A DNA stretch of 64,000 bases from an uncultured delta proteobacterium. GTDB lineage: Bacteria; Myxococcota_A; Polyangia; Fen-1088. Under the pieces are notes generated by a model, which was not told where the DNA came from, ran no database searches, and saw nothing but the letters and a program-made list of their open reading frames with translations. Below, in pieces: positions 18,205 to 28,240 of this stretch (positions are counted from its first letter, which is position 1; every line of letters begins with the position of its first letter). Where the stretch lies: NCBI GenBank assembly GCA_963737265.1, contig CAVTRY010000011.1, positions 256,001-320,000 of the forward strand, given 5' to 3'. The position numbers and the translations under genes were made by a program.

Positions 18205-20916
18205 GTGCGAGCTACGTGGCCGTCGTCAGCCGCCCACCTGTTCATCGTTTTTCGGACCTATCGAGGAGATCTCGTGTTTTCACCGCGCCCCATTTCTCAT
18301 CGCCACAATCGCTTTCGATCCCTCAAACCCAGCGTGTGTCTTGCGCTCGGGTTGTGCGCCTGGTTCGCGGCGCGGCCCATGGCTCGTGCCCAGAACGCGG
18401 AAACGCCCACGCTCGAACCGCCGACGGTTTTGGAACAGCAACAGCCTTCCTATCCCCGAGAAGCTGCCGGCGGCGCGCAAGGCGATGTCGTGGTCAACGT
18501 GGCGATCGACAGCGCGGGAAACGTCACCGGGGTGACGCTCGTGCATGGCGCGGCGCCGCCCCTCGACCGCGCCGCGATCGAGGCAGCCAGCCACTGGCGA
18601 TTCAAGCCCGCGCTCCGCGATGGCGTCGCGGTTCCGAGCCGAGTTCAGCTCCTCTTCCACTTCGAGCCGCCGCCGTTGCCTTCATTGCCCGCACCTCCGT
18701 CCAAGCCAGAGACCGCCAGCCCGCCGGCCGTCCCGGCGCCCACGCCGACCACGCAATCGCCGGCCGTCCCGGCTCCCGTGCCGACGACGGAATCGCCGCC
18801 GGCCGCGCCATCTGCTCTTGAAGTCACCGTGCTCGGCCGCCGTCCGCCGGTCAGCCGGGGCGCGTCCGATTTCCAAATCCGCGTCGACCAGCTTGCCGAG
18901 GTCCCGCGCGCCAATGCCTCCGAGCTGCTCAAACTGGCGCCTGGCATTCTCCTGACCAACGAAGGCGGCGAGGGCCACGCCGAACAGGTCTTCATGCGCG
19001 GGTTCGATGCGCGAGAGGGACAGGACATCGAGTTCACGGTGGGCGGCGTGCCAATCAACGAAAGCGGGAACCTGCACGGTAACGGCTACGCCGACACGCA
19101 TTTCATCATCCCCGAATTGGTCGAGTCGCTGCGCGTGCTCGAAGGACCCTTCGATCCGCGCCAGGGGAACTATGCAGTGGCCGGCAGCGCCGACTACCAG
19201 CTCGGGCTGGCCGAGCGGGGACTCACCGCGCGCTACACCAGCGGGAGCTTCGGCACGCAGCGCGTGCTGGGGCTGTGGGGGCCGCCGGGCGAGAGCACGC
19301 ACACCTTCGGGGCGGCCGAGATCTACAAAACGGACGGGTTTGGTCAGAATCGGGACGCCCAGCGCGCGTCGGTCATGGGTCAGTACGAGGGGCGCTTCGG
19401 GAACAGCGGCAGCTACCGCATCACGACCCAGGCCTATGCCACCCACTTTCATTCGGCCGGCATCGTTCGCGAGGACGACTACCAATCGGGGAAGATGGGC
19501 TTCTTCGACAGCTACGACCTCAGCAGCTTCGCGCGCGAGCACGTGCCCGAGAGCGGAGATGCCTCGCGCTACTCGCTGGCCGCAGATCTCGAAACCCGCG
19601 CCGGGGACACCACCTTCTCCCAGCAGATTTTCGTCATCAAGCGCGACATGCGCCTGCTCGAAAACTTCACCGGGTTCCTGCTCGACGTGCAGGAGCCGCT
19701 GCAAAGCGTGCACGACCAGCGCGGCGACATGATCGACCTCGCCGTTCACGAGGTCACCATCGGCGCGCGCGGCTCCGCGCGCCTGCACGGAATCTTTCTC
19801 GGCCAGCTGCAAGAGATGGAGTTGGGCTACTTCGCACGCGGCGACCAGGCCGCGGGCACGCAGCAGCGCCTGGAGGCGTCGACCGGCGTGCCCTATCTGA
19901 CCGACACCGATCTCGTCTCCCAGATCGGAAACATCGGCCTCTACGGCGACGCGAACCTGCGGCTGCGCTCGTGGCTCAGCCTGCGCGGCGGCGCACGCGC
20001 CGACCTTCTCACCTACAGCGTTCTCAACAACTGTGCCGCGCAGACCGTCGCCCATCCCTCGACCACCAACCCTCCCATCGACCAGAGTTGCTTGAGCCAG
20101 CAGGACTACGGACGTCCGCGCGAGCCCGACCAGGAAACCTCCACGTCGAGCGTCGCGTTCCTGCCGCGCGCCTCGCTCATCGTCGGCCCCTTCCGCGACG
20201 TCACCTTTTCGGCCAGCTACGGCCAGGGTATTCGATCGATCGATCCCTCCTACATCACCCAGGACGTCGCGACGCCGTTCGCGCACATCGTCGCCTACGA
20301 AGCCGGGGCTGGCTACGCCGCGAACATAAGGGACACCACCGTCATCGCGCGCTCGGTCTTTTTTCAGACCGTGGTCGACAGGGATCTCATCTTCGACCAA
20401 ACCGCCGGGCGCAACGTGGTTGGGGTCGGCACCACGCGCTCGGGCTGGATCGGGGCGCTGCGCTTGACCGGACGATTTTTCGACGAGTCGGCGAACCTGA
20501 CCCTGGTACGTGCGACCTTCAACGACAACCACGAGGCAGTGGCCTACGTGCCGTCCACCGTGCTCCGCTCCGACACCGCGCTTTTCACCCTGTTGCCGTG
20601 GCGCCCGCGCGGGACGCCGGTGCGCGCCTCGCTGAGCGGCGGCGTGACCTTCGTCGGCCGGCGCCCGCTGCCCTATGGGGAGGTCAGCGATCGTATCTTC
20701 ACCGTCGACGCATCAGCCATCCTTTCCTGGTCGCACTACGAATTGCGGCTCCACTCGACCAACCTGCTCAACACGCAATACCGCCTGGGCGAATACGACT
20801 ACGCCTCGGATTTTCACGGCCAGCCGCAGCCGACGTTGGTGCCCGAACGCGAATTCGCGGCCGGCGCGCCCCGCGCGGTTTTCGTCACCTTTGGCATCAA
20901 CCTCGGAGGTTCGTGA
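18205..20916 (+). CDS. TonB-dependent receptor with N-terminal TonB-C domain and Pro-rich linker
   Basis: YPREA...GDVVV..IDSAG..WRFKPA TonB-C domain. Plug LLKLAPG...GHAEQVFMRGFD...IIPELVESLRVLEGP. C-terminal GAPRAVFVTFGINL. Start uncertain. Confidence 0.92.
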   Translation: MRATWPSSAAHLFIVFRTYRGDLVFSPRPISHRHNRFRSLKPSVCLALGLCAWFAARPMARAQNAETPTLEPPTVLEQQQPSYPREAAGGAQGDVVVNVAIDSAGNVTGVTLVHGAAPPLDRAAIEAASHWRFKPALRDGVAVPSRVQLLFHFEPPPLPSLPAPPSKPETASPPAVPAPTPTTQSPAVPAPVPTTESPPAAPSALEVTVLGRRPPVSRGASDFQIRVDQLAEVPRANASELLKLAPGILLTNEGGEGHAEQVFMRGFDAREGQDIEFTVGGVPINESGNLHGNGYADTHFIIPELVESLRVLEGPFDPRQGNYAVAGSADYQLGLAERGLTARYTSGSFGTQRVLGLWGPPGESTHTFGAAEIYKTDGFGQNRDAQRASVMGQYEGRFGNSGSYRITTQAYATHFHSAGIVREDDYQSGKMGFFDSYDLSSFAREHVPESGDASRYSLAADLETRAGDTTFSQQIFVIKRDMRLLENFTGFLLDVQEPLQSVHDQRGDMIDLAVHEVTIGARGSARLHGIFLGQLQEMELGYFARGDQAAGTQQRLEASTGVPYLTDTDLVSQIGNIGLYGDANLRLRSWLSLRGGARADLLTYSVLNNCAAQTVAHPSTTNPPIDQSCLSQQDYGRPREPDQETSTSSVAFLPRASLIVGPFRDVTFSASYGQGIRSIDPSYITQDVATPFAHIVAYEAGAGYAANIRDTTVIARSVFFQTVVDRDLIFDQTAGRNVVGVGTTRSGWIGALRLTGRFFDESANLTLVRATFNDNHEAVAYVPSTVLRSDTALFTLLPWRPRGTPVRASLSGGVTFVGRRPLPYGEVSDRIFTVDASAILSWSHYELRLHSTNLLNTQYRLGEYDYASDFHGQPQPTLVPEREFAAGAPRAVFVTFGINLGGS

Positions 20917-21719
20917 TGCGGAAACGACGTCTCTGGCTCTTCTCGCTCTTGCTCGCGCCGGGAGGCATTGCGTGCGTGGGACAAACCGGCGGCGACGCCA
21001 TCGACTTCGCGGTGGCCGCCGTGGGACCGGCGAGCGCGATCCTCGGGCAACCGCTTGCTTGCACCAACGACGGCAACTGGGCCATCTCGCTAACCCAGGC
21101 GACGCTGCATATCGGGGCCGTGTACCTCGATCAAAGCCAACCGATTTCGGGCGGACAAGCCACCGGCTGCTACCTCACCGGGACCTACGTCGCGCAGGAA
21201 ACCTCGGCGCTCGACGTGGATCTCCTGTCGCCCGAGCCGCAATTGTTTCCCGCCGACGCCCACGGCATTACCTATCCGCCAGCGCTGGTCGGCCAGGTTT
21301 GGCTGACCCACGGGGATATCAACACCATTGCCGATCGGGTTCCCGTGCTCCAGGTGGCGGGCACGGCCACGCAAGCGGCCAGCGCCTATCCGTTCACCGC
21401 CGCGCTCACCATCGGATCGAATCGGCAAGCCTCGGGCGGCGCGGTGGCCGGGGGCGATCCCATTTGCAAGGAACGCATTGTCTCGCCGGTTCCGGCCGCG
21501 GTGACCATCCAGCCGACCGGCGGGCTGCTTTTGACCGTCGATCCGTGCCGCCTGTTCACCAACGTCGACTTCAGCCAGCTGGGGCCAGGCTCGACGCCCG
21601 GCACGTACGCCTTCAGCGACGACCCGACATCGGCGGGCTACACCCAGCCGAGTCAGAACCTTTACGGAAATCTGCGCAACACGGGGCCGTACACGTTCTC
21701 GTGGACCCCGAATCCATAA
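20916..21719 (+). CDS. Lipoprotein of unknown function (TBDR-associated)
   Basis: ATG overlaps the TBDR stop; lipobox in MRKRRLWLFSLLLAPGGIAC. Confidence 0.8.
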   Translation: MRKRRLWLFSLLLAPGGIACVGQTGGDAIDFAVAAVGPASAILGQPLACTNDGNWAISLTQATLHIGAVYLDQSQPISGGQATGCYLTGTYVAQETSALDVDLLSPEPQLFPADAHGITYPPALVGQVWLTHGDINTIADRVPVLQVAGTATQAASAYPFTAALTIGSNRQASGGAVAGGDPICKERIVSPVPAAVTIQPTGGLLLTVDPCRLFTNVDFSQLGPGSTPGTYAFSDDPTSAGYTQPSQNLYGNLRNTGPYTFSWTPNP

Positions 21720-21761
21720 ACACAGAAGGAGATGAAAGCAATGAGAACCAGAGATGAGAGA

Positions 21762-23096
21762 ATGCGAACCAAGATCTTGATGATTGGGGCGGTCGTCGTC
21801 GTGGCCGCCGCGTTTGCAGGCTGTGGGAGCAGCAGCAGCTCGCCGCCGGACACGGGCGGTGCGACCACGGCCGGCGGTGCGACCGGCGCAGGCGGTGCCA
21901 CCAATACTGGCGGCGCCACCGGCGCGGGCGGATCGGGCGTCACGAGCTTCACACCGCCCGCGGATCCGGGCCCTGGAGGAATTATCTTCGCGGCCTCGGG
22001 CGAGGTCCTCGCGCTCACGGGTTACGCCTTCCCGCCCGTGAACCCCGGCGATCCGGCATTCGTGGACGGTTGGCAGGTGAGTTTCACGCGCCTGCTCGTC
22101 ACTGTCGACAAGATCGTGCTGTCGAGCAACCCGGACGTCAGCCCCGGCAACCAGGCGCTCACCGGGCCGGCGCCGGGCAGCGTGGGTGGCGGGCTGGTCG
22201 CCGAGGTGGATGGGCCCTGGGCGGTCGACCTGGCTCACGGCGATCCCAGCTACCTTCCCGGCAAAGGTGGTCCGGGCGAAGAGGCGGTACCCATCGTGGC
22301 GCTCAAGACCCAGAACAAGAACGGCAACAAGGCCTTCGCCACCGACGGCACCCGCTACGCATTCGGGTTCGATGTCGTGCCCGCGACAACGAGCGCTCTC
22401 AACGTCAACCTCGATAGTGCGGCGATGTCCGACTACCAGCAAATGGTCGCCGATGGCTGCACCGTGCTTTACGTTGGAATCGCCACTTTCAAGGGCGGCA
22501 CGGTTCCAGGACACACAGATTGCAATAGCGGAGCCTATGCCACCTGGCCGACCACGGTAAACTTTCACTTCTGCTTCAAGTCGCCGACTACCTACGGCAA
22601 CTGCCAGAACCCCGACAACGATCCGGCGCAGGCCCTCTCCGGCGAAGAGCACGAGCGCGGCATCGCGTTCCTGGCCAACGAATCGGTCATCGGGCAAGTC
22701 ACGATTCACACCGATCACCCGTTCTGGGATAGCGTGCTGCACGACTCGCCCGCGCACTTCGACCAGTTCGCCGCGCGTGTGGTCGGCCAAGTGGACGCGG
22801 GCGTGCCCACGGCGACGCTGGAAATGACCCAGGGGGTGGACTACACCGCGTACACCGATGCGCTCGGCAATCGCCTCAACTGGCGCTACTGCATGGATCC
22901 GCCGACCGACGTTCACCCGCAGTTCACAGGAGCCATGGCCTTCGATCCACAAAGCGTGCCCCACGCCACCGGGAACGATCCCTCCACCGGCCTGCGCGAC
23001 TATTACGACTACACGACTTACGACCAGAGCACGCAAGGGCACCTGAACTCGGACGGGCTGTGCGCGGTCGAGCGGCACTATCCGTCGCCCCAATGA
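21762..23096 (+). CDS. Lipoprotein of unknown function with Gly/Thr linker, His/Cys-containing
   Basis: Lipobox FAGC, GEEHER, TIHTDHPFWD, QGHLN. Confidence 0.8.
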   Translation: MRTKILMIGAVVVVAAAFAGCGSSSSSPPDTGGATTAGGATGAGGATNTGGATGAGGSGVTSFTPPADPGPGGIIFAASGEVLALTGYAFPPVNPGDPAFVDGWQVSFTRLLVTVDKIVLSSNPDVSPGNQALTGPAPGSVGGGLVAEVDGPWAVDLAHGDPSYLPGKGGPGEEAVPIVALKTQNKNGNKAFATDGTRYAFGFDVVPATTSALNVNLDSAAMSDYQQMVADGCTVLYVGIATFKGGTVPGHTDCNSGAYATWPTTVNFHFCFKSPTTYGNCQNPDNDPAQALSGEEHERGIAFLANESVIGQVTIHTDHPFWDSVLHDSPAHFDQFAARVVGQVDAGVPTATLEMTQGVDYTAYTDALGNRLNWRYCMDPPTDVHPQFTGAMAFDPQSVPHATGNDPSTGLRDYYDYTTYDQSTQGHLNSDGLCAVERHYPSPQ

Positions 23097-23104
23097 GGTA
23101 AGCC

Positions 23105-23803
23105 TTGAGCGCCATTGAAACGGTCAAGCGGATCTTGCTCGCGTCGGGCGCGGGCTGGGTCCTCTGGTTCCTTGGGGCGCTGTCGATGGCCAGCCTCGCG
23201 CTGGCCGTCGAGCGCTGGCTCTATTTGCGCAGACGTGGTGGCGATCTCGAAGCCCTCGCTCGCGAGCTCGACGAACACCTGTCGAGCGGCGACTTCGTCA
23301 GCGCACGGCGCGTGCTCGAGGCCAGCTCAGCGGTGGCGGCGCGCGTGGCGGACGCGGGCTTGCGACTCGCCGAGCGGGGAACCGAGGCTGCCGACAAGGC
23401 GATGCAAAGTGCGGCGGCTCTCGAACGCGGTCGCCTCGAACGCTGGCTCGCCTTCCTGGCCACGGTGGGCAACAATGCTCCCTTCATCGGACTGTTCGGA
23501 ACCGTGGTGGGCGTCATCCACGCTTTCGAAGAGCTCGGCCACGCCGCCCCTGCCCACGCAGCGGCGGCTGGCCAGGTCGCTTCGCAGGCGGTGATGTCCA
23601 GCATCGCCGAGGCCCTGGTCGCGACCGCCGTCGGCATCCTGGTCGCGCTGCCGGCGGTGGCGGCCTACAACTACTTGCAACGGCGAGTGACGGCCTTGCT
23701 TTCCGGGGCCGAGGTGTTGACCAACCTGGTGCTCGCATACATCGCGGACGATGCGCGGCCGCGACTGCGCGAGGTGAAAGGGGTGGGCGATGGCGGCGCC
23801 TAG
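23105..23803 (+). CDS. exbB: MotA/TolQ/ExbB proton channel protein
   Basis: LATVGNNAPFIGLFGTV and IAEALVATAVG. Confidence 0.9.
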   Translation: MSAIETVKRILLASGAGWVLWFLGALSMASLALAVERWLYLRRRGGDLEALARELDEHLSSGDFVSARRVLEASSAVAARVADAGLRLAERGTEAADKAMQSAAALERGRLERWLAFLATVGNNAPFIGLFGTVVGVIHAFEELGHAAPAHAAAAGQVASQAVMSSIAEALVATAVGILVALPAVAAYNYLQRRVTALLSGAEVLTNLVLAYIADDARPRLREVKGVGDGGA

Positions 23804-24212
23804 CGGACAGGCCGCGAACGGGATCATCTCCGGCATCAACGTCACCCCGCTCGTGGACGTGATGCTCGTGCTTCTGGTGATCTTCATCGTGACGGCGAAG
23901 ATCATCGTGACCCCGGCGGTGCCGCTCGATCTGCCGCACGCGGCTCATGGCGAGGAGGTGCAAGTCGTTCTGTCGGTGATCGTGCCCGTGCGCGGGCCGA
24001 TGCTGGTCAACGGCGCTGCTTTGCCGAACGACGAAGCCCTGGAGGACAAAGCGCGTGCGGCCCTGGCTGGCGACCGAGATCTGCGCGCGGTCATCCAAGC
24101 CGATGGCGACGTGCCCCACCGGCGCGTGATCCACGTGCTCGATCTGCTCAAAGGCGCCGGGCTAACCCGCGTGGCGTTCGGTGCGCTTCCAGTCGAGCAA
24201 GAGAAGCAGTGA
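23790..24212 (+). CDS. exbD: ExbD/TolR biopolymer transport protein
   Basis: INVTPLVDVMLVLLVIF and IQADGDV. Confidence 0.92.
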   Translation: MAAPSGQAANGIISGINVTPLVDVMLVLLVIFIVTAKIIVTPAVPLDLPHAAHGEEVQVVLSVIVPVRGPMLVNGAALPNDEALEDKARAALAGDRDLRAVIQADGDVPHRRVIHVLDLLKGAGLTRVAFGALPVEQEKQ

Positions 24213-24222
24213 GGCACGTTTC

Positions 24223-25047
24223 ATGCGCTATCCTTTGTCGACCAAACTCGTGAACCGTTCACCGCGCATCGTGGATCTGGTTTTTCTCGCCGAGCCCGCG
24301 GGCCGATGGCGGCGACTTGCCGTGGGCGGCGCGGCGGTGCTGGCGCTTTATGGTGGCGCTCTTTCGCTGGTGAGCCGCCTGGGCAACTCCCTCGGTCCGT
24401 GGAGCGCGGAGATGGCCGCGCGCATTCACGAGGCCATCGCGATGGAGCGAGCGATCGATGTGACGCCGCCTCCGCCCCAAGCTGCACCACCACCTCCCGC
24501 GCCCGCGCCGGAAGCGCCCCATATCGCGATTCCTCGAACCGCGCGGGCACTCAACGCGCAGCAACCTCGCGCGACGCCACCCGCGCAGGCGGGACAACTC
24601 GCGGCGGCGTCGACGGAGCCGGTCGATTTCACCGGCATGGCGTTCATCGTCGGCTCGGGTGCTTCCTACGCCGGGGGGACAACGACCAGCAGCGGAACCA
24701 GCCGCAAGGCAGCGCTCGGTGCCGTCGGTCCTGGGCCAAGTGTCGGCAAGTCGTCTGGTGGTCGCAGTCGAGCCCGCCAGGTCTCGCTCGACCAATCCGC
24801 TTGGAACTGTCCTTGGCCGGCCGAGGCCGATGCCGAGCAGGTAAACGAACAGACGGTCGTACTGAAAGCGAGCGTGGGAGCCGACGGCCGGGCCGAGCGG
24901 GTGGATGTCCTCAGCGATCCTGGATTCGGATTCGGTGCGGCTGCTCGCCTTTGTGCGCTCCGGACTCGCTTCGAGCCCGCGCGCGATTCGGCCGGACAGC
25001 CCATCGCCGCACAATCTCCCTCCATCCGCGTCCACTTTTATCGGTGA
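24223..25047 (+). CDS. tonB: Energy transducer TonB
   Basis: N-terminal TM helix, Pro-rich linker, C-terminal VGADG..DPGFGFG..RFEPARD domain. Follows exbBD. Confidence 0.78.
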   Translation: MRYPLSTKLVNRSPRIVDLVFLAEPAGRWRRLAVGGAAVLALYGGALSLVSRLGNSLGPWSAEMAARIHEAIAMERAIDVTPPPPQAAPPPPAPAPEAPHIAIPRTARALNAQQPRATPPAQAGQLAAASTEPVDFTGMAFIVGSGASYAGGTTTSSGTSRKAALGAVGPGPSVGKSSGGRSRARQVSLDQSAWNCPWPAEADAEQVNEQTVVLKASVGADGRAERVDVLSDPGFGFGAAARLCALRTRFEPARDSAGQPIAAQSPSIRVHFYR

Positions 25048-25056
25048 AGGACTCTC

Positions 25057-25353
25057 ATGCGCTCGCACCTCTTGCTTTTCGTGGTCCTCGTCGCCGGTGA
25101 GCTCTCGGGTTGCAATCGTCATCCCGCGCGCGTGGACGAATGCGAGGCGATCCTCAACCGTCTCATAGAACTCGAGCTCAGCGAGTCCGGATACCGGGAT
25201 TCTGTTCTTCGTGCGCGTTGGCAGCAGGACCTGGCCCGTCGCTTCGCGCCGGACATGGACCGTTGTCGCGGGCGCGAAGTGCGCGGTTCTCTTAGGACTT
25301 GTCTCGCAACGGCGCGGAGCTCGGAAGAGATCGTTCACCGGTGTCTCGATTGA
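25057..25353 (+). CDS. Small Cys-containing putative lipoprotein
   Basis: Lipobox LSGC, four further Cys, RBS-like GAAGGA upstream. Confidence 0.6.
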   Translation: MRSHLLLFVVLVAGELSGCNRHPARVDECEAILNRLIELELSESGYRDSVLRARWQQDLARRFAPDMDRCRGREVRGSLRTCLATARSSEEIVHRCLD

Positions 25354-25559
25354 TCTGGATTCGCCGCCGCCCCTTCCGCGTTGCCCTTCTAGCTGCCTTG
25401 CATTTTCACAATCTCGATCTTGGCAATCACTTGGCAGGGGATGGTGTAACCCGAGGCGCGGAGCCCGCGGCTATCTGAGGCGACTCGTCATCCTTCCGGC
25501 GGATGTCGGCAATCGGATCCGACCATCCGGTGTCAGGTATACTAGGAGACACAAAAGCC

Positions 25560-26177
25560 GTGAGCGACGCGCGCGACAAAAGCATCCTGTTTCTTCCAGG
25601 CGAAGTGGGTGAGCGCGCCCTCTATGCCAGGTTGGTCGCTGGCGAGGACGCCGCGTACCGCGAGTGCTACCAGCAGCACGCGCCCAAGCTGATGCGTCTA
25701 CTCACTGGCATCCTGCGCAACAAGGCCCGCGCCGAAGAGATTTTGCAGGAAACCTTCATCGCGGCCTTCCGAGGCATCGCCCGCTTCCGCGGCGAGGTGA
25801 GCATTGCCGTCTGGCTTGCGCGCATCGCCACCAACCGGGCCTACAACGCCCTTCGGGACGAAACCCGGGCCAAGCGAACCGCGCCGCCGCCCTCCGGCGA
25901 GCACGTCACGCATGCCGAGCTGCACGTCGAGGGCAGAGATCTGGCCCGCAAGGTCATGGCCATCTTGGATCAAATGGAACCATCCAAGAAGCTGACCCTG
26001 CTACTGCAAGCCGAGGGTTACACCACCGCGGAGATCGCCAACGTCACGGGAGAGCCCCGCGGGACCATCTTGGCCCGCCTGTCGCGCGGCCGTGCCGAGC
26101 TGTCATTGCGCATGGCCGAGGCCGGGCTTGTGGCGCGCGAGATGCCGGAGCACGTGCACGTGGAGGATCGGTCGTGA
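25560..26177 (+). CDS. ECF RNA polymerase sigma factor
   Basis: AEEILQETF, WLARIATN, EIA...GTILARLSRGR. AGGAG upstream of the GTG. Confidence 0.9.
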   Translation: MSDARDKSILFLPGEVGERALYARLVAGEDAAYRECYQQHAPKLMRLLTGILRNKARAEEILQETFIAAFRGIARFRGEVSIAVWLARIATNRAYNALRDETRAKRTAPPPSGEHVTHAELHVEGRDLARKVMAILDQMEPSKKLTLLLQAEGYTTAEIANVTGEPRGTILARLSRGRAELSLRMAEAGLVAREMPEHVHVEDRS

Positions 26178-27275
26178 CCGACTGCCTCTCGCTGCGCGAG
26201 CGTCACTTCACACCGGGCGCGGACAGCCATGCCGCTCCGGCGTGGGTCGCGCATCTCGGCGACTGTGCGGAATGCAGATTGGCGGTGGAGAATCTGCCGC
26301 AGGTCGATCGGGCGCTCGCCGAATGGTCGCGCGCGTCGCTCGAAGATCCCGGATTTTGCCACAGTCGCGCTGGCCGCCGCGGGCGCAGCGCGCAACCAAC
26401 GCAGACGGCGCACGGTTCGCCGTTCGGTGCCTTTCCTATACACAGGCTTCGTCACCGCCGCGCTGGCCGGCGGCTTGGTCGCCGCCGTGTGGGTCGCGCG
26501 CAATCGGGCTGCCGCGCCCAAGCTGCTGCTTGCCGGCGGCGAGCTTCACGCCACCGCCGAGGCCAAGACCGCCGTGCTCGGTAATGGCGCACGTGTCCGC
26601 TTGGACATGGGGACGCTCAAGATCGAAACCGGGAGTCGGTCCACGCAGGCATTGCTGCTGCCCGCCGGACGCGTTTTCATTGAAGTGCCCAAGCTGCCGG
26701 CCGGCAGCACCTTGTCGGTGCGCACGCCCGACGCGGAAATCCGGGTGCGTGGCACCCGTTTCCAAGTCATTCGCATCAGTCAGGAGACACAAATCCAAGT
26801 CAGCGAGGGCGTGGTCGAAGTCCGGCCGGTGGGATTGAGTCGGCCCACACAGTTCCTGCGCGCGGGCGAATCGACCACGGTCGGCTCGGCCGAGGCATAC
26901 CGCGAAGGCTTGCGGCGCCAGACCCTCGCCGCGCTCGAGCACGGCGAATTCTCCGCCGCCGAAGCGCGCATCGGTGAGTTGCTTGGATCGGGCGCCGAAG
27001 CTGCCCAGCAAGCCGAGGCCCAAGCACTCTTGGCCTGGTCGCTTTCCGCCCGCGGTAAGCGCGGCCTTGCCATCGCACGCTACCGGCAAGCGCTGGCGTT
27101 GTATCCCGCCGGGCAGCAAGCCCTTTGGGCGGAAAACGCCTGCGCCGAGCTCGCCATTCTGGTCGAGCAGGAGAGCCCCGCCAGCGGTCCCTCGGCCTGG
27201 GCCGATTGTCTGCGCCGATTCCCGGACGGCGTGCACGCCGAACTGGCTCGCGCGCGCGCCCAGCCCTCGCGATGA
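26174..27275 (+). CDS. Anti-sigma factor (zf-HC2-like N-terminus, TM, FecR domain, TPR-like C-terminus), frameshift near 26343
   Basis: HLGDCAEC in one frame, VRTPDAEIRVRGTRF and VSEGVVEV in the next. GTG overlaps the sigma stop. Confidence 0.8.
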
Positions 27276-28240
27276 ACGCGGCGGCCGTCGGCATCGCGGT
27301 GTGGCTCGGGGTGACTTCCCCGTCGAGTGCCCCGGACCTGCAGGTTGAAGCCCTCGACGCAACCGGCGCGGTCATGCCCGAGCTGGCCGACGCCGTGGCG
27401 CGCGCCCTGGTCGCTGGGGGCGCCCGGGTCGTGCTGCGCGGCCCGACCAGCGCATCGTGCCTCTACTGCGCCCAGGTGACGGTGAGCGAGGTGGCTTCGG
27501 GCAGCTGTCGGATCGCGCTCAAACAGGAGCAGCGCGAGGCCTCGGCGTCGCTGCACTTTTCTGGCGCCAGCACGCTCTTCGACCGCGCGCGGGCCATCGC
27601 CATCCAGACGCGGCTGCTTCTGACCTGGGACACTGGCGGCGACGCCCGCAACCAGGAGCCCGTGACCAAGCCTGTCGCGCACCGGAGCCAGCACAAGCCC
27701 GTGATGGCGCCGCAGGCTCTCCAAGCCGGCGCCGCGCGCGCCGAGACGAGCGTGCCCGACGAGGTTGCAAGAAACTCTCCCGCGGGATCGCCGGTCGCAA
27801 GATCCGACCAGCCCGCTCCCGAGCCAACCTCCAAGCCCACCCGACCCAGTCCCGCCACGCCCGCTCTGCCTGTCCCGCCACCCACACCGACAGCGCTGTT
27901 TTCCCATCGCGCGCCGGCCGTGACTGCGCACGCCACGCGCAGGTGGCCTTGGATCCCGACCGCCGTGGGCGGGGGCGCCGCCATCGCCGCCGGGGCTTGC
28001 GCGCTGGTGGCGCGGGATCGCTACAACGCCTTGTCGGATCGTTCGCAGAGCTATGCCAGCGCCTTGGCGGCAAAGCAAAGCGGCCAGAGCTGGCAGTGGG
28101 CTAGCTTCGCCCTCGCCGGCGTCGCGACGCTGGGGCTGGGAACGGGCATGATTGGCTTTTGGGGCCACCTTTCCCTGACGGCACAGACCGCCCCTCTGCC
28201 TGGAGGAGGCATGGTGGCGATCGAGGGAGATTGGCCGTGA
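27272..28240 (+). CDS. Hypothetical exported protein with Pro-rich linker and myxobacterial C-terminal membrane segment
   Basis: ATGA overlap with the anti-sigma gene. RRWPWIPTAVGG...APLPGGGMVAIEG tail. Confidence 0.65.
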   Translation: MNAAAVGIAVWLGVTSPSSAPDLQVEALDATGAVMPELADAVARALVAGGARVVLRGPTSASCLYCAQVTVSEVASGSCRIALKQEQREASASLHFSGASTLFDRARAIAIQTRLLLTWDTGGDARNQEPVTKPVAHRSQHKPVMAPQALQAGAARAETSVPDEVARNSPAGSPVARSDQPAPEPTSKPTRPSPATPALPVPPPTPTALFSHRAPAVTAHATRRWPWIPTAVGGGAAIAAGACALVARDRYNALSDRSQSYASALAAKQSGQSWQWASFALAGVATLGLGTGMIGFWGHLSLTAQTAPLPGGGMVAIEGDWP

